From assembly GCA_031382385.1 (NCBI GenBank), contig JANMYS010000037.1:20567-84566 (forward strand): DNA of 64,000 nucleotides, in the 5' to 3' direction. This DNA is from Gemmatimonadota bacterium. GTDB lineage: Bacteria; Gemmatimonadota; Gemmatimonadetes; Gemmatimonadales; GWC2-71-9. The notes beneath the pieces are model-generated. The model saw only the letters and a program-made list of their open reading frames with translations. It was not told the DNA's origin and ran no database searches. Positions 1-9,767 of this stretch are shown in pieces. Within the stretch, counting starts at the first letter, position 1. Each line of letters starts with the position of its first letter. The translations under genes were made by a program, and so were the position numbers.

Positions 1-24
1 GACCGCGCGGCGCGGCGTCCCCGC

Positions 25-1014
25 ATGAAAGGGCCTCTCCCGGTCGGGGTGATCGGCGTCGGTGTGCTCGGCTGGCATCACGCCCGCCACCTCGCCGCCA
101 TGCCGAACGTCGAACTGGTCGGGGTCTACGACATCCGCCCGGAGCGGACCGGGCACGTCGCGTCGATGCTCGGCACCCGCGCCTGCCGCTCGCGGGAGGA
201 ATTGCTGACCCTGGCCCGGGCGGTCACCGTCGCGGTGCCCACCGCAGACCATGGTGAGGTAGGGCTGGCGGTGCTCCAGGCGGGCCGCCCACTGCTCATG
301 GAGAAGCCACTGGCGGCTACGGTGGCCGAGGCCGACGCGCTGATCGTGGCGGCGGAGCGGGCGGGGGTCATCCTGCATGTTGGCCACATCGAGCGATTCA
401 ATCGAGCACTACGCGGGGCCCAGCCGTTTCTCGATCGGCCACTGTTCATCGAATGCGAGCGCCTGGCGCCGTTCCAGCCGCGCGGGACCGATGTCCCGGT
501 CGTTCTCGATCTGATGATCCACGATCTCGATCTCATTCTGCACCTGGCCGGCGGAGCGCTGCTGGAAGCGGTCGATGTGCGCGCCAACGGGGCGGCCGTC
601 CTCTCGGCGCACCTCGATGTGGCGCATGCGCATGTCGAATTCAACACCGGCCTCGTCGCGAGTGTGACGGCCTCGCGCATCGCGGAGGCGCAGGTACGGC
701 GACTCCGCATCTACCAGGAGGAGGGGTATCTCTCCCTGGATCTGGCGCAGGGCCGGGGCGAATTTCTCCGATTGCGCAATCGCTGGACCCGTGGGGATGA
801 CGCGCGGCTGGAAGAGGTGACCGAGCGGATTCCGCTCCAGGCCCCGCTGGCCGATGCGCTGCGTCTCGAGCTGGAGAGTTTCGTTGAGGCGGTGCGCGGG
901 GGCGATGGCGAGGCCTTTGTCTCCGGGGCGGAGGGGCGTGCGGCCCTCGCTCTCGCGCTGCGCGTCACCGAAGCGGTGCACCTCGCCACGCCAGCACCGC
1001 ACCTGGAGCCGTGA
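25..1014 (+). CDS. Gfo/Idh/MocA oxidoreductase, GnnA-like (UDP-GlcNAc 3-dehydrogenase)
   Basis: GVIGVGVLG Rossmann motif, EKP and DLMIHDLD motifs; overlaps the lpxB start. Confidence 0.8.
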   Translation: MKGPLPVGVIGVGVLGWHHARHLAAMPNVELVGVYDIRPERTGHVASMLGTRACRSREELLTLARAVTVAVPTADHGEVGLAVLQAGRPLLMEKPLAATVAEADALIVAAERAGVILHVGHIERFNRALRGAQPFLDRPLFIECERLAPFQPRGTDVPVVLDLMIHDLDLILHLAGGALLEAVDVRANGAAVLSAHLDVAHAHVEFNTGLVASVTASRIAEAQVRRLRIYQEEGYLSLDLAQGRGEFLRLRNRWTRGDDARLEEVTERIPLQAPLADALRLELESFVEAVRGGDGEAFVSGAEGRAALALALRVTEAVHLATPAPHLEP

Positions 1015-2129
1015 GCGCGGCAGGCCGGCGCATTCTGGTCTCTGCTGGCGAGCCATCGGGCGACCAGCTCGGCGGAGCGCTGGTGCAGGAACTCCAGAGT
1101 CGAAGAGTGGGATTGCTGTTCGAAGGGCCCGGCGGGCCGGCGATGGCCGACGCCGGCGTCGCCCTGCGGTCCACGGTCGATCAGTTGAGCGCCATTGGTT
1201 TCCTCGAAGTGGCCGGAGCCATCCCACGCCACCTGCGCCTGATGCGTGGATTGGCGCGGGATGCGGTGGCGGGACGATTCGCGCTGGCGATCCTGATCGA
1301 CTATCCCGAGTTCCACCTGCGCCTCGGGGCCCGGCTCCGGCGGGCAGGTGTGCCGGTGCTGTGGTACGTTGCTCCGCAATTGTGGGCCTGGGCCCCAGGT
1401 CGAATTGCCCGCCTGCGTGCTGCGGCGGATCGGATTGCGGCCGTGCTCCCCTTCGAGGCGGCCTGGTTTGCGAGCCGGGGTGTCGCGGCCACCTTTGTCG
1501 GGCACCCGCTGGCGGAGCGGGTCTGGCCGAGCCGGCCCGCCGCCCGCCTTGCGATGCAGTTGCCGTCGGCGGGCCCGATCCTTGGTATCTTTCCCGGCAG
1601 TCGTGAAGGGGAGATCGCGCGGAACTGGCCGTTGTTTCGGGACGTGGCGAAACAGATGCTGGCGGTGGGTGCCTGCTCTCATGTCGTGACCGCGGCGACG
1701 TCCAGCGGCTACTACCCGGATGCCGGCCCGATTCTCCTGTTCCGGGAGGTTCCGGACCGGGTGCTGGCCGCCTCAACCGCCGTCCTGCTCAAGTCAGGAA
1801 CAACCACGCTCGAGGCTGCCTGCGCCGGCCGCCCGATGGTGGTGGCCTACCGGACGTCGTGGCTCACGCATCAGATCGCGGAGCGGGTGCTGACAGTCGA
1901 TCACATCGGGCTGGCGAATCTGGTCGCAGAAAAGCTGGTGGTGCCGGAGTTCTGGCACTGGCCTGTTCCAGCTGAGTCGGTGGCCGCCGCGCTGCGGCCC
2001 CTGCTGGATGACACCAGCAGCGCACATCGGGCACAGGTGGAGGCGCTGGCGGCGATCGTGCCCCGGCTCGGCGCGTCGGGAGCGAGCGGGCGGGTCGCGG
2101 AGCTGGCTCTCGACCTTGCCGGGCTGTGA
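1011..2129 (+). CDS. lpxB: Lipid-A-disaccharide synthase
   Basis: AGEPSGD, IDYPEF, YVAPQLWAW, FVGHPL, PGSR and SGTTTLE motifs. Confidence 0.95.
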   Translation: MSAAGRRILVSAGEPSGDQLGGALVQELQSRRVGLLFEGPGGPAMADAGVALRSTVDQLSAIGFLEVAGAIPRHLRLMRGLARDAVAGRFALAILIDYPEFHLRLGARLRRAGVPVLWYVAPQLWAWAPGRIARLRAAADRIAAVLPFEAAWFASRGVAATFVGHPLAERVWPSRPAARLAMQLPSAGPILGIFPGSREGEIARNWPLFRDVAKQMLAVGACSHVVTAATSSGYYPDAGPILLFREVPDRVLAASTAVLLKSGTTTLEAACAGRPMVVAYRTSWLTHQIAERVLTVDHIGLANLVAEKLVVPEFWHWPVPAESVAAALRPLLDDTSSAHRAQVEALAAIVPRLGASGASGRVAELALDLAGL

Positions 2130-2776
2130 GGGAACTGGGTCGTGCGCTCCTGCGTTGGGCTGGGCCACCGGTTGCCCGGTTGCTAGCCAGGTCGTGGCGG
2201 ATCGAGGTGGTTCGACCGGAACGGGGCGAGAGGGTCCTCGCATCAGGGCACGCGTACCTGCTGCTGACCTGGCACGAGGCCCTCCTGCCGGTCCTCTGGC
2301 ACCACCGGCATCGGGGCGTCGCCGCGCTGGTGAGCGAGGCCCATGACGGCGAGTATCTCGCCTCCCTTGCGGCTCCGCTGGGTTATCGCCTCATTCGCGG
2401 CTCGAGCAGCCGGGGCGGCAGTCGCGCCCTGCGGCAGGCCTTCCGCGCCCTGCGGGAGGGGGTGCCAGTCGGCGCGACACCGGACGGGCCGCGCGGTCCA
2501 AGGCGGGTGCTCAAACCCGCGCTGCTGCAGGCCGCTGCGCGCGCAGGGGTGAGTGTGCTGCCGGTATTCGCCGGTGCTCGGCGGGGATGGCGAGCGCGTT
2601 CCTGGGACCGGTTCCTCGTCCCCGCGCCGTTCACCACGGTTCGCATCGCCTATGGGGAGCCGGTCATGGTGCAGGGAATGTCACCGCAGGCCGCGGAGGA
2701 CGGGGTACTCGCCTCGCTCGAGGACGCTATCAGACTGGCAGCATGGCCGGACGCCGCGGCGACACTCACCGCCTGA
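2126..2776 (+). CDS. DUF374 lysophospholipid acyltransferase (LpxJ-like lipid A late acyltransferase)
   Basis: WH, SEAHDGE, RGSSSRGG, TPDGPRGP and SWDRFLVP motifs; lies between lpxB and lpxK. Confidence 0.8.
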   Translation: MRELGRALLRWAGPPVARLLARSWRIEVVRPERGERVLASGHAYLLLTWHEALLPVLWHHRHRGVAALVSEAHDGEYLASLAAPLGYRLIRGSSSRGGSRALRQAFRALREGVPVGATPDGPRGPRRVLKPALLQAAARAGVSVLPVFAGARRGWRARSWDRFLVPAPFTTVRIAYGEPVMVQGMSPQAAEDGVLASLEDAIRLAAWPDAAATLTA

Positions 2777-3789
2777 TCCGCTGGCTGTGGACCAGCCGGC
2801 GCCTCGACGCCCGCGTGGCTCGCACGGCGTTGCTGCCCGTGTCTCTGCTCTGGCGCAGCTGGATGCGGGCGCGCGCGACGGCGTATGCCCGCGGCTGGCT
2901 GCCGCTGCACGATCTCCCGCTACCGGCCGTGGCGGTGGGGAATCTCACCGTCGGCGGATCGGGCAAGACTCCGCTGGCCATCTGGATCGCGCGGCGGTAC
3001 GCGGCGCAAGGTATCGTGCCGGGGATCCTGCTTCGGCCGTATGGTGGGGGTGATGAAGCCGCGGTGCATGCGCACGCCGTCCCCGGTGCTCACGTCATTG
3101 CCGACGCCGATCGGGTGGCCGGCGCCGAGCGGGCCCTGGCACGGGGGGCGCAGGTACTGGTGCTGGATGACGCCTTTCAGCGGCTGGATGTCCGCCGGGA
3201 CCTGAACCTGCTGGTGATCAGTGCCGAGACGACGCAGGCGGTCCACTGGTCGCTGCCGGCGGGCCCGTGGCGCGAAGGGCTGGAGGCACTCGGGCGGGCT
3301 GATCTCGTGATCATCACCCGCAAGCGGGCCAGCCTCGATGTCGCCGAGGCGTTGCTGGAGGAAGTTCGTTCCCGGGTCACGGTGCCGGTCGCGATCGTGC
3401 ACCTGGGGCTGGTTCGGCTGGAGGGCCTGCTGAGCGCACAGCCGGTTCTCCCCGCATCGCTGGCAGGACGGCGAGTGGTGGCTGCCGCGGCGATCGGAGA
3501 TCCGGAAGCCTTCGTGACCCAGATGAAGGCCACTGGCGCTGCCGTGCAAGTCGCCACCTGGAAGAATCATCACGAGTACCGCCAGGAGGATATCGCCTGG
3601 CTGGCCCACGCGGCCCGGCGGGCCGACCATCTGGTCATCACGGAGAAGGATGCAGTGAAGCTCCGGGACCGCTGGCCGGCCGATGCACCGGAACCGCTGG
3701 TGGCCGTGCTGGATCTCACCTGGGAAGCAGCTGGCGACGCCGTCGCCCTGGCCCTCGATGCGGTCGTCACACCGCCCGAGCGGCTGTAA
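2743..3789 (+). CDS. lpxK: Tetraacyldisaccharide 4'-kinase
   Basis: [27 protein letters not shown] and TEKDAVK motifs; ATG 2743 chosen as start. Confidence 0.93.
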   Translation: MAGRRGDTHRLIRWLWTSRRLDARVARTALLPVSLLWRSWMRARATAYARGWLPLHDLPLPAVAVGNLTVGGSGKTPLAIWIARRYAAQGIVPGILLRPYGGGDEAAVHAHAVPGAHVIADADRVAGAERALARGAQVLVLDDAFQRLDVRRDLNLLVISAETTQAVHWSLPAGPWREGLEALGRADLVIITRKRASLDVAEALLEEVRSRVTVPVAIVHLGLVRLEGLLSAQPVLPASLAGRRVVAAAAIGDPEAFVTQMKATGAAVQVATWKNHHEYRQEDIAWLAHAARRADHLVITEKDAVKLRDRWPADAPEPLVAVLDLTWEAAGDAVALALDAVVTPPERL

Positions 3790-3805
3790 ACTCATTGGAG
3801 ATGCT

Positions 3806-5113
3806 ATGACCGCGATCAATCCGCGCCCGTCCCAGACCGTCATGAAGCCAGAGAAGGATCGTTTTCTCGCGGCCGAGAACCCATTCGAGGAGATGATGTC
3901 CCGGTTCGACGACGCCGCCAAGCGGCTCGGGCTCGAGCCTGGACTCTACAAGATCCTGCGGATGCCGGAGAAGCAGATCACGGTGGCGGTGCCGGTCCGG
4001 CTGGACAACGGAGATGTCGAGGTCTACACCGGGTATCGGGTCATCTACAACACGTCGCGCGGCCCGGCCAAGGGCGGCATCCGATTCGACCTGCAGGTCT
4101 CGCTGGACGAGGTCACCGCGCTCGCCGCGTGGATGACGTGGAAGTGCGCCGTGGTGAACCTGCCGTTCGGCGGGGCCAAGGGTGGGGTGATCTGCGACCC
4201 GACGACGATGTCCAACAGCGAGATCGAGCGGCTGACCCGCCGCTACACTACCGGCATCATCGAGACGCTCGGCCCCGACTCCGACATCCCCGCGCCGGAC
4301 GTGAATACCAATGAGCGGGTCATGGCGTGGGTGATGGATACCTACTCCATGCACAAGCGGCACACGGTGACCGCGGTCGTGACCGGCAAGCCGATCGAGA
4401 TGGGCGGTTCGCTCGGCCGGCGGGAGGCGACCGGCCGCGGGTGCATGCTGGTGACGCGTGAGGCGCTGAAGAAGCTGAACATCCCGCTCAAGGGCGCCCG
4501 GGTGGCGGTGCAGGGATTCGGCAACGTGGGATCGGTTACCGCCGATCTCATGGCCAAGGCGGGGATGACAATCGTGGCCGTCAGCGACAAGTCGGGCGGC
4601 ATCTACGATCCCAAGGGTCTCGACCTCGCCGACGTCTTCAAGCATGTGCAGGGCAAGCAACTCCTCAACACCTACGCCAAGGCCAGGCACATCAGCAACG
4701 AGGAGATCCTGCACCTCGACTGCGAGGTGCTGGTGCCCGCCGCGCTGGAAAACGTCATCACCCATGAAAACGCCGGTGGTATCAAGGCCCGGATCATCTG
4801 CGAAGGCGCCAACGGCCCGACCACCGCTGCCGCGGACGAGATTCTCAATGCCAAGGGCATCTTCGTCATCCCGGACATCCTCGCGAATGCCGGTGGCGTG
4901 ACCGTGAGCTACTTCGAATGGGTGCAGGATCGCGGCGGCTACTTCTGGGATGAGGAGACGGTGATCAGCCGGCTGGAGAAAATCATGGTGCACTCCTTCG
5001 ACGAAGTGACCACCATGGCCGAGAAGCACAAGGTGTCCAATCGCATCGGGGCATACATGCTGGCCATCGAGCGGGTGGCGGCGGTGCATCGGCTGCGAGG
5101 GATGTACGCGTAG
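3806..5113 (+). CDS. gdhA: Glu/Leu/Phe/Val dehydrogenase (glutamate dehydrogenase)
   Basis: KGGIRF, GGAKGG, PAPDVNT, GFGNVG, EGANGP and [12 protein letters not shown] motifs; GGAG before ATG 3806. Confidence 0.92.
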   Translation: MTAINPRPSQTVMKPEKDRFLAAENPFEEMMSRFDDAAKRLGLEPGLYKILRMPEKQITVAVPVRLDNGDVEVYTGYRVIYNTSRGPAKGGIRFDLQVSLDEVTALAAWMTWKCAVVNLPFGGAKGGVICDPTTMSNSEIERLTRRYTTGIIETLGPDSDIPAPDVNTNERVMAWVMDTYSMHKRHTVTAVVTGKPIEMGGSLGRREATGRGCMLVTREALKKLNIPLKGARVAVQGFGNVGSVTADLMAKAGMTIVAVSDKSGGIYDPKGLDLADVFKHVQGKQLLNTYAKARHISNEEILHLDCEVLVPAALENVITHENAGGIKARIICEGANGPTTAAADEILNAKGIFVIPDILANAGGVTVSYFEWVQDRGGYFWDEETVISRLEKIMVHSFDEVTTMAEKHKVSNRIGAYMLAIERVAAVHRLRGMYA

Positions 5114-5129
5114 CACGGAACAGCTGACG

Positions 5130-5576
5130 GTGCTGGCAGTGGGGCGGCTGCGACCGATCTTTCGTGCTGCCGCGGATGAGTATCTCCGGCGCCTGGGGCG
5201 CTACCACAAGACCGCTGAAGTCGAGGTGCGGGAAGCCGGGAACGCCTCCAGCCCTGCCGCGGCCCTCAAACTGGAAGGGGAACGGCTGGGCGACCGGATC
5301 GCTCCTGGAACCCGGGTGGTGGCGCTGGACCGGAGCGCTCCGCCCTGGTCCAGCGAGCAGGTGGCCCGGCGCATCGAGCAGTGGCAGCTTAGTGCCCGGC
5401 CGGTGGTGGTAATCCTTGGGGGATCCCACGGCCTGGCGCCGACGCTCCTGGCGGACGCGGCGGAACGGTGGGGTCTTGGTCCGATGACGCTGCCGCACGA
5501 ACTGGCCCGCGTGGTGGTGCTGGAACAGCTCTATCGGGGGTGCACGATTCTCAGGGGGGAGCCGTATCACAAGTGA
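5130..5576 (+). CDS. rlmH: 23S rRNA pseudouridine-1915 N3-methyltransferase
   Basis: AVGRL N-terminus, GGSHGL, MTLPHELARVVVLEQLYR, C-terminal PYHK. Confidence 0.92.
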   Translation: MLAVGRLRPIFRAAADEYLRRLGRYHKTAEVEVREAGNASSPAAALKLEGERLGDRIAPGTRVVALDRSAPPWSSEQVARRIEQWQLSARPVVVILGGSHGLAPTLLADAAERWGLGPMTLPHELARVVVLEQLYRGCTILRGEPYHK

Positions 5577-5578
5577 CT

Positions 5579-5654
5579 GGCCGTCAGCCGTCAGCCGTCA
5601 GCGGAAGCATTCGGTGGCAATTGGCCGTTGTCTGATGGCTGAGGGCTGACGGCC
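5579..5654. repeat. Intergenic inverted array of heptamers: (GCCGTCA)x3 facing degenerate (TGACGGC)x3
   Basis: ggccgtcagccgtcagccgtcagc at 5579-5602 is near-complementary to ctgatggctgagggctgacggcc at 5632-5654. Confidence 0.8.
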
Positions 5655-5655
5655 G

Positions 5656-6372
5656 ATGGCTGAGTGGTTCGAAGACTGGTTCGGCACGGAGTACCTCGCT
5701 CTCTATCCGCACCGGGATGAGGAGGACGCCGGGCGCCTGATCCGCCTGCTCCGGCAGACCTTGCCCTGGCGGGAGGGGTGGCGCGTGCTGGATGTGGCCT
5801 GTGGGCCCGGTCGTCACATGGGCGCGCTCGAAGCGGCCGGGGCGCGAGTGTTCGGGTTCGATCTCTCGCGCGTGCTGCTGGACCGGGCCCGGACGGTGAC
5901 TTCGCGTCCGCTGGTCCGGGCCGACATGAGGTTCCTGCCCTTCCGGGCCCGCTCGATGGATCTCACCGTCAATCTCTTCACCAGCTTTGGTTACTTCGCG
6001 ACCGATGTCGAGCACGATGCAGCGATGGGCGAGATGCTCGGGACGGTGCGCGTCAGCGGGTGGTTCGTGCTGGACTTCCTCGATGCCGCGGCTGTACGTG
6101 CCGGGCTGGTGCCGCGCGAAGTGCAACAGCTCGGTGGCGCCTGCGTAGAGGTGCGGCGCGAGATCCTCGACGACGGCCGCGTCGTGCGCAAGACGCTGCT
6201 CCTGCCCGATGGACGGCAATTCGAGGAACGGGTTCGACTCTTCTCGTTTGGGGAGCTGCAGGCGATGATCGAGCACCACGGCGCCAGGGTCCTCGCCGGT
6301 TTTGGCGACTACGACGGCGCTCCTTCCGGCGCAGGGTCACGCGCAATTCTGCTGGCACAGGTGGCGCCGTGA
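5656..6372 (+). CDS. Class I SAM-dependent methyltransferase (candidate bacillithiol N-methyltransferase)
   Basis: VLDVACGPGRH SAM motif and NLFTSFGYF; stop overlaps the bshC start. Confidence 0.85.
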   Translation: MAEWFEDWFGTEYLALYPHRDEEDAGRLIRLLRQTLPWREGWRVLDVACGPGRHMGALEAAGARVFGFDLSRVLLDRARTVTSRPLVRADMRFLPFRARSMDLTVNLFTSFGYFATDVEHDAAMGEMLGTVRVSGWFVLDFLDAAAVRAGLVPREVQQLGGACVEVRREILDDGRVVRKTLLLPDGRQFEERVRLFSFGELQAMIEHHGARVLAGFGDYDGAPSGAGSRAILLAQVAP

Positions 6373-7892
6373 GTGTCCGAATCGTCCCCACGCCGCTCGC
6401 GGCCAGCGTCTCGTGGCCTGCCGAGCGGAGCAGTGGTATCCCCGAAGCGCTGCTCCCCGCGTTCCTGACGACGGATACCAATCAGCTCGCCAGGCTGCGG
6501 GACCCCCGCGTCCTGGTCGTCACAACCGGGCAGCAGCCGGGCCTGCTCGGCGGGCCGCTGTATACGATCCACAAGGCGCTGTCGGCTGTCGCGCTTGCCC
6601 GGGTGCTGGAGGAACGGTGGCGTCGGCCCGTGGTGCCGGTCTTCTGGGCGGCGGGCGACGACCACGATTTCGCCGAGGGGAATCACGCCACCTGGCTCGG
6701 CGGAGACGGGGCGCCGGTGACGACGACGCTGAGGGAGCGGGCGCCGGACGCTTCCCTCACGCCGCTGTACCGGGAATTGCTCGGCACCGAGATTGGTGCG
6801 GTACTGGAGCGACTTGCCGCCGATCTTCCGCCCTCCGAGTTTCGTGAGGCGACCCTCAGCCAGATCGGTCGGCACTACCAGCCGCAGGCGAGCCTCGCGG
6901 CGAGCTGCAGCGGGCTCCTCGCCGAATGGTTTGCTCCCTTCGGTGTGGTGCTGTTCGATCCGACCCACCCCGCTGCCAAACGCGCCCAGGCGCCAGCGAT
7001 TCTCGCGGCGCTCGACGGTGCCGGCAGGATCGGGGAGCGGCTCGTCGCGCGCCATGCCGAGCTCCTGGCCCACGGTCATGACGCGGGAATCGCGGTCGGG
7101 GAGGGTGCGACGCTGGTGATGCTGGAAGGGAAGGCGGGCCGCGACCGACTGGTGCAGGCCGGCGGGGAGTTCACCACTCGTCGCTCCGGCGAGCGATGTA
7201 CCCGCGAGGAGCTGCAGCGCATCGCAACCGAGACGCCCGAACGGCTCTCCGCCAATGTGCTGCTTCGGCCGGTTATCGAGAGCGCGCTGCTTCCCACCGT
7301 CGCCTATGTCGCCGGTCCGGGTGAGCTGCGCTATCTGTCGCTCGCAGAGGCGGTGTACCCGGTCCTCGACGTCCCCCGGCAACTGCCGGTGCCGCGCTGG
7401 TCGGGACTCCTGGTGGAGACCCGGGTGGACCGGGTACTGGAGAAGTTCAAGGCGACGCTGGAGGAACTGCTTGCCCCGGGGCAGCAGCTCGAGAGCAGGG
7501 TGGTTCGCTCCCAGCTGCCCCCCGAGGCCGGCGTCGCCCTCACCGCCCTGCGCCAGGCACTCACCGAGCACTACGCCGCGCTCGCCGCCGCTGCTGCCAC
7601 GATCGACCCCACCATCGAGAAACCGATCCAGAACCTCGGCCAGCAGGCCCTGAGTGGCACGCAGGACGCCGAGAAGCGGCTGGTGAATCACCTGAAGAAG
7701 CGCCAGGCGACCGAGACCCAGCAGATCGCCCGGGCCCGCGACGCTCTGCTCCCGCTGGGCAAGCCCCAGGAACGGGTGCTGACCGCGGCACCCGTACTCG
7801 CGCGCTACGGGCCGCCCCTCCTGTCCGAGCTGCTCACCTCCATCGGCGACTGGTACCGCGCGGCACTTGAAGCCGCCCCCGGTCCGGCGTAA
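6369..7892 (+). CDS. bshC: Bacillithiol biosynthesis cysteine-adding enzyme
   Basis: TGQQPGLLGGPLYTIHKA, VPVFWAAGDDHDF, SANVLLRP, YVAGPGELRY and PQER motifs; GTG 6369. Confidence 0.92.
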   Translation: MSVRIVPTPLAASVSWPAERSSGIPEALLPAFLTTDTNQLARLRDPRVLVVTTGQQPGLLGGPLYTIHKALSAVALARVLEERWRRPVVPVFWAAGDDHDFAEGNHATWLGGDGAPVTTTLRERAPDASLTPLYRELLGTEIGAVLERLAADLPPSEFREATLSQIGRHYQPQASLAASCSGLLAEWFAPFGVVLFDPTHPAAKRAQAPAILAALDGAGRIGERLVARHAELLAHGHDAGIAVGEGATLVMLEGKAGRDRLVQAGGEFTTRRSGERCTREELQRIATETPERLSANVLLRPVIESALLPTVAYVAGPGELRYLSLAEAVYPVLDVPRQLPVPRWSGLLVETRVDRVLEKFKATLEELLAPGQQLESRVVRSQLPPEAGVALTALRQALTEHYAALAAAAATIDPTIEKPIQNLGQQALSGTQDAEKRLVNHLKKRQATETQQIARARDALLPLGKPQERVLTAAPVLARYGPPLLSELLTSIGDWYRAALEAAPGPA

Positions 7893-7900
7893 ACTCGGCC

Positions 7901-8176
7901 ATGGCATTTCTCGGTCTGATCCTCCTCGTCGCCCTCATGATCCCGGTCCTGGGCATCATCATCGATTCCCCGATCGGGAAGGCGCTCGGTCGACGGCTGG
8001 AGGGGTCGGAGCAGGCTCCGACCAGTCTGGGCGATCTGGCGCGCAAGATGGAAACGCTGGAAGGCGAGGTCGAGGACCTGCAGCGTTCGGTCCAACTGCT
8101 GCAGGAGGAGAACCAGTTCCTCCAGCGCCTGCTCGAGGAGCACCCGGGACGCTCACTCCCGCCGCCCAAGCCGTAG
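7901..8176 (+). CDS. Small membrane protein with N-terminal TM helix and coiled coil
   Basis: Hydrophobic first 22 aa, heptad-rich C-terminus, typical codon usage, fills an operon gap. Confidence 0.75.
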   Translation: MAFLGLILLVALMIPVLGIIIDSPIGKALGRRLEGSEQAPTSLGDLARKMETLEGEVEDLQRSVQLLQEENQFLQRLLEEHPGRSLPPPKP

Positions 8177-8177
8177 G

Positions 8178-9767
8178 GTGCCTCCGACGCCTGCCGCGCC
8201 TTCCAGCAGTCGGCACGCAGTACTGGTGGCGGCCGGCATCTTCCTCAGCCGGATCTTCGGGCTCGTCCGCCAGCGCGTCCTGGCACACTTTCTCGGCCTC
8301 TCCGACGCCAACGACGCCTTCAACGCGGCGTTCCGGATTCCCAATCTGCTGCAGAATCTGCTGGGCGAAGGGGTGCTGTCGGCCTCCTTCATCCCGGTGT
8401 ATACCCGCCTGCGCGCCGAAGGGCGGGATGCGGAGGCGGAGGATGTCGCCAATACCGTCTTCGGATTGCTCGCGCTCGCAACGTCGGTCATCGTCCTACT
8501 GGGGATGCTGTTCGCCGGGCCGCTCACCGATGTCATCGCGATCGGATTTCCGCCCGCCAAGCGCGCGCTGACCGAACAGCTGGTCCGGCTGCTCTTTCCG
8601 GGCGCCGGATGCCTGGTGCTCTCGGCGTGGTGCCTGGGAGTCCTCAACAGTCACCGGCGGTTCCTGCTGTCGTATGCCGCACCGGTGATCTGGAATGTCG
8701 CGATCATCGTGACGGTGCTGCTCCGCGCCGGTCACACCGATCAGAACGGCCTGGCCGTGGCGGCCGCGCTCGGTTCCGTCATTGGGAGCGCGCTGCAGTT
8801 TCTGGTGCAGCTCCCGACGGTGCTGACGCTGCTGCGCCATCTGCGCCCGTCACTGCACGTGGCCTCGGCGCAGGTGCGGACCGTGCTGCGGAGTTTCGGC
8901 CCGGTGCTCGTCGGTCGCGGCGTCGTCCAGATCAGCGCCTTCGTCGACAGTATCCTCGCGAGCCTGCTCGGCACGGGCGCGGTTTCGGCCCTCGCCAACG
9001 CACAGGTGCTCTACACGCTGCCGGTGAGCCTCTTCGGGATGTCGATTTCGGCGGCCGAGCTGCCGGCGATGTCGAGTGCGACGGGGTCGGAAAGGGAGGT
9101 GGCCGAGGTGCTGCGGGCCCGGCTCAACGCGGCGCTTCGGCGCATCGCCTTTCTGGTGGTGCCCTCGGTCGTGGCCTTCCTGGGTTTTGGCGGCGTCATC
9201 GCGGCCGCGTTGTTCCAGACCGGGCGCTTTACCGCGGCGGACAGCCGCTATGTCTGGGCGATTCTCGCGGGCTCTGCGGTCGGTCTGCTCGCCGCGGCGA
9301 TGGGACGGCTCTACAGCTCCGGCTTCTACGCCTTGCGCGATACCCGCACACCGCTGCGCTTCGCCGTGATCCGGGTCATCCTGACGACCTTGCTCGGGTA
9401 TCTCGCCGCGGTGCCCCTTCCTCCGTTGCTGGGTCTCGACCCGAAGTGGGGGGCCGCGGGCCTCACCGCCACGGCCGGTCTCGCCGGCTGGCTCGAGTTC
9501 GCCCTGCTGCGTCGAGGACTCGCCCGGCGCATCGGTGAGACGGGCCTGCCGCTCCGCTTCCTCGCGACGCTCTGGGGCGCGGCCCTGCTGGGCGGAGTGG
9601 CCGGGTTTGGCGCCTCATGGCTGGGTCCGCTGCTGCCGCCAATTGCCGCCGCCCTGGTGGCGCTGTTGCCGTTCGCGGCGACCTATCTCCTCGTCACCAC
9701 CTTTGTCGGCGTGCCGGAAGCGCTCGCCCTCACCGGCCGACTGTTTCGCCGCCGTGGACCTGCCTGA
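8178..9767 (+). CDS. murJ: Lipid II flippase MurJ (MviN)
   Basis: SRIFGLVR, AFRIPNLLQNLLGEG and FYALRDTRTP motifs; many TM helices. Confidence 0.95.
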   Translation: MPPTPAAPSSSRHAVLVAAGIFLSRIFGLVRQRVLAHFLGLSDANDAFNAAFRIPNLLQNLLGEGVLSASFIPVYTRLRAEGRDAEAEDVANTVFGLLALATSVIVLLGMLFAGPLTDVIAIGFPPAKRALTEQLVRLLFPGAGCLVLSAWCLGVLNSHRRFLLSYAAPVIWNVAIIVTVLLRAGHTDQNGLAVAAALGSVIGSALQFLVQLPTVLTLLRHLRPSLHVASAQVRTVLRSFGPVLVGRGVVQISAFVDSILASLLGTGAVSALANAQVLYTLPVSLFGMSISAAELPAMSSATGSEREVAEVLRARLNAALRRIAFLVVPSVVAFLGFGGVIAAALFQTGRFTAADSRYVWAILAGSAVGLLAAAMGRLYSSGFYALRDTRTPLRFAVIRVILTTLLGYLAAVPLPPLLGLDPKWGAAGLTATAGLAGWLEFALLRRGLARRIGETGLPLRFLATLWGAALLGGVAGFGASWLGPLLPPIAAALVALLPFAATYLLVTTFVGVPEALALTGRLFRRRGPA

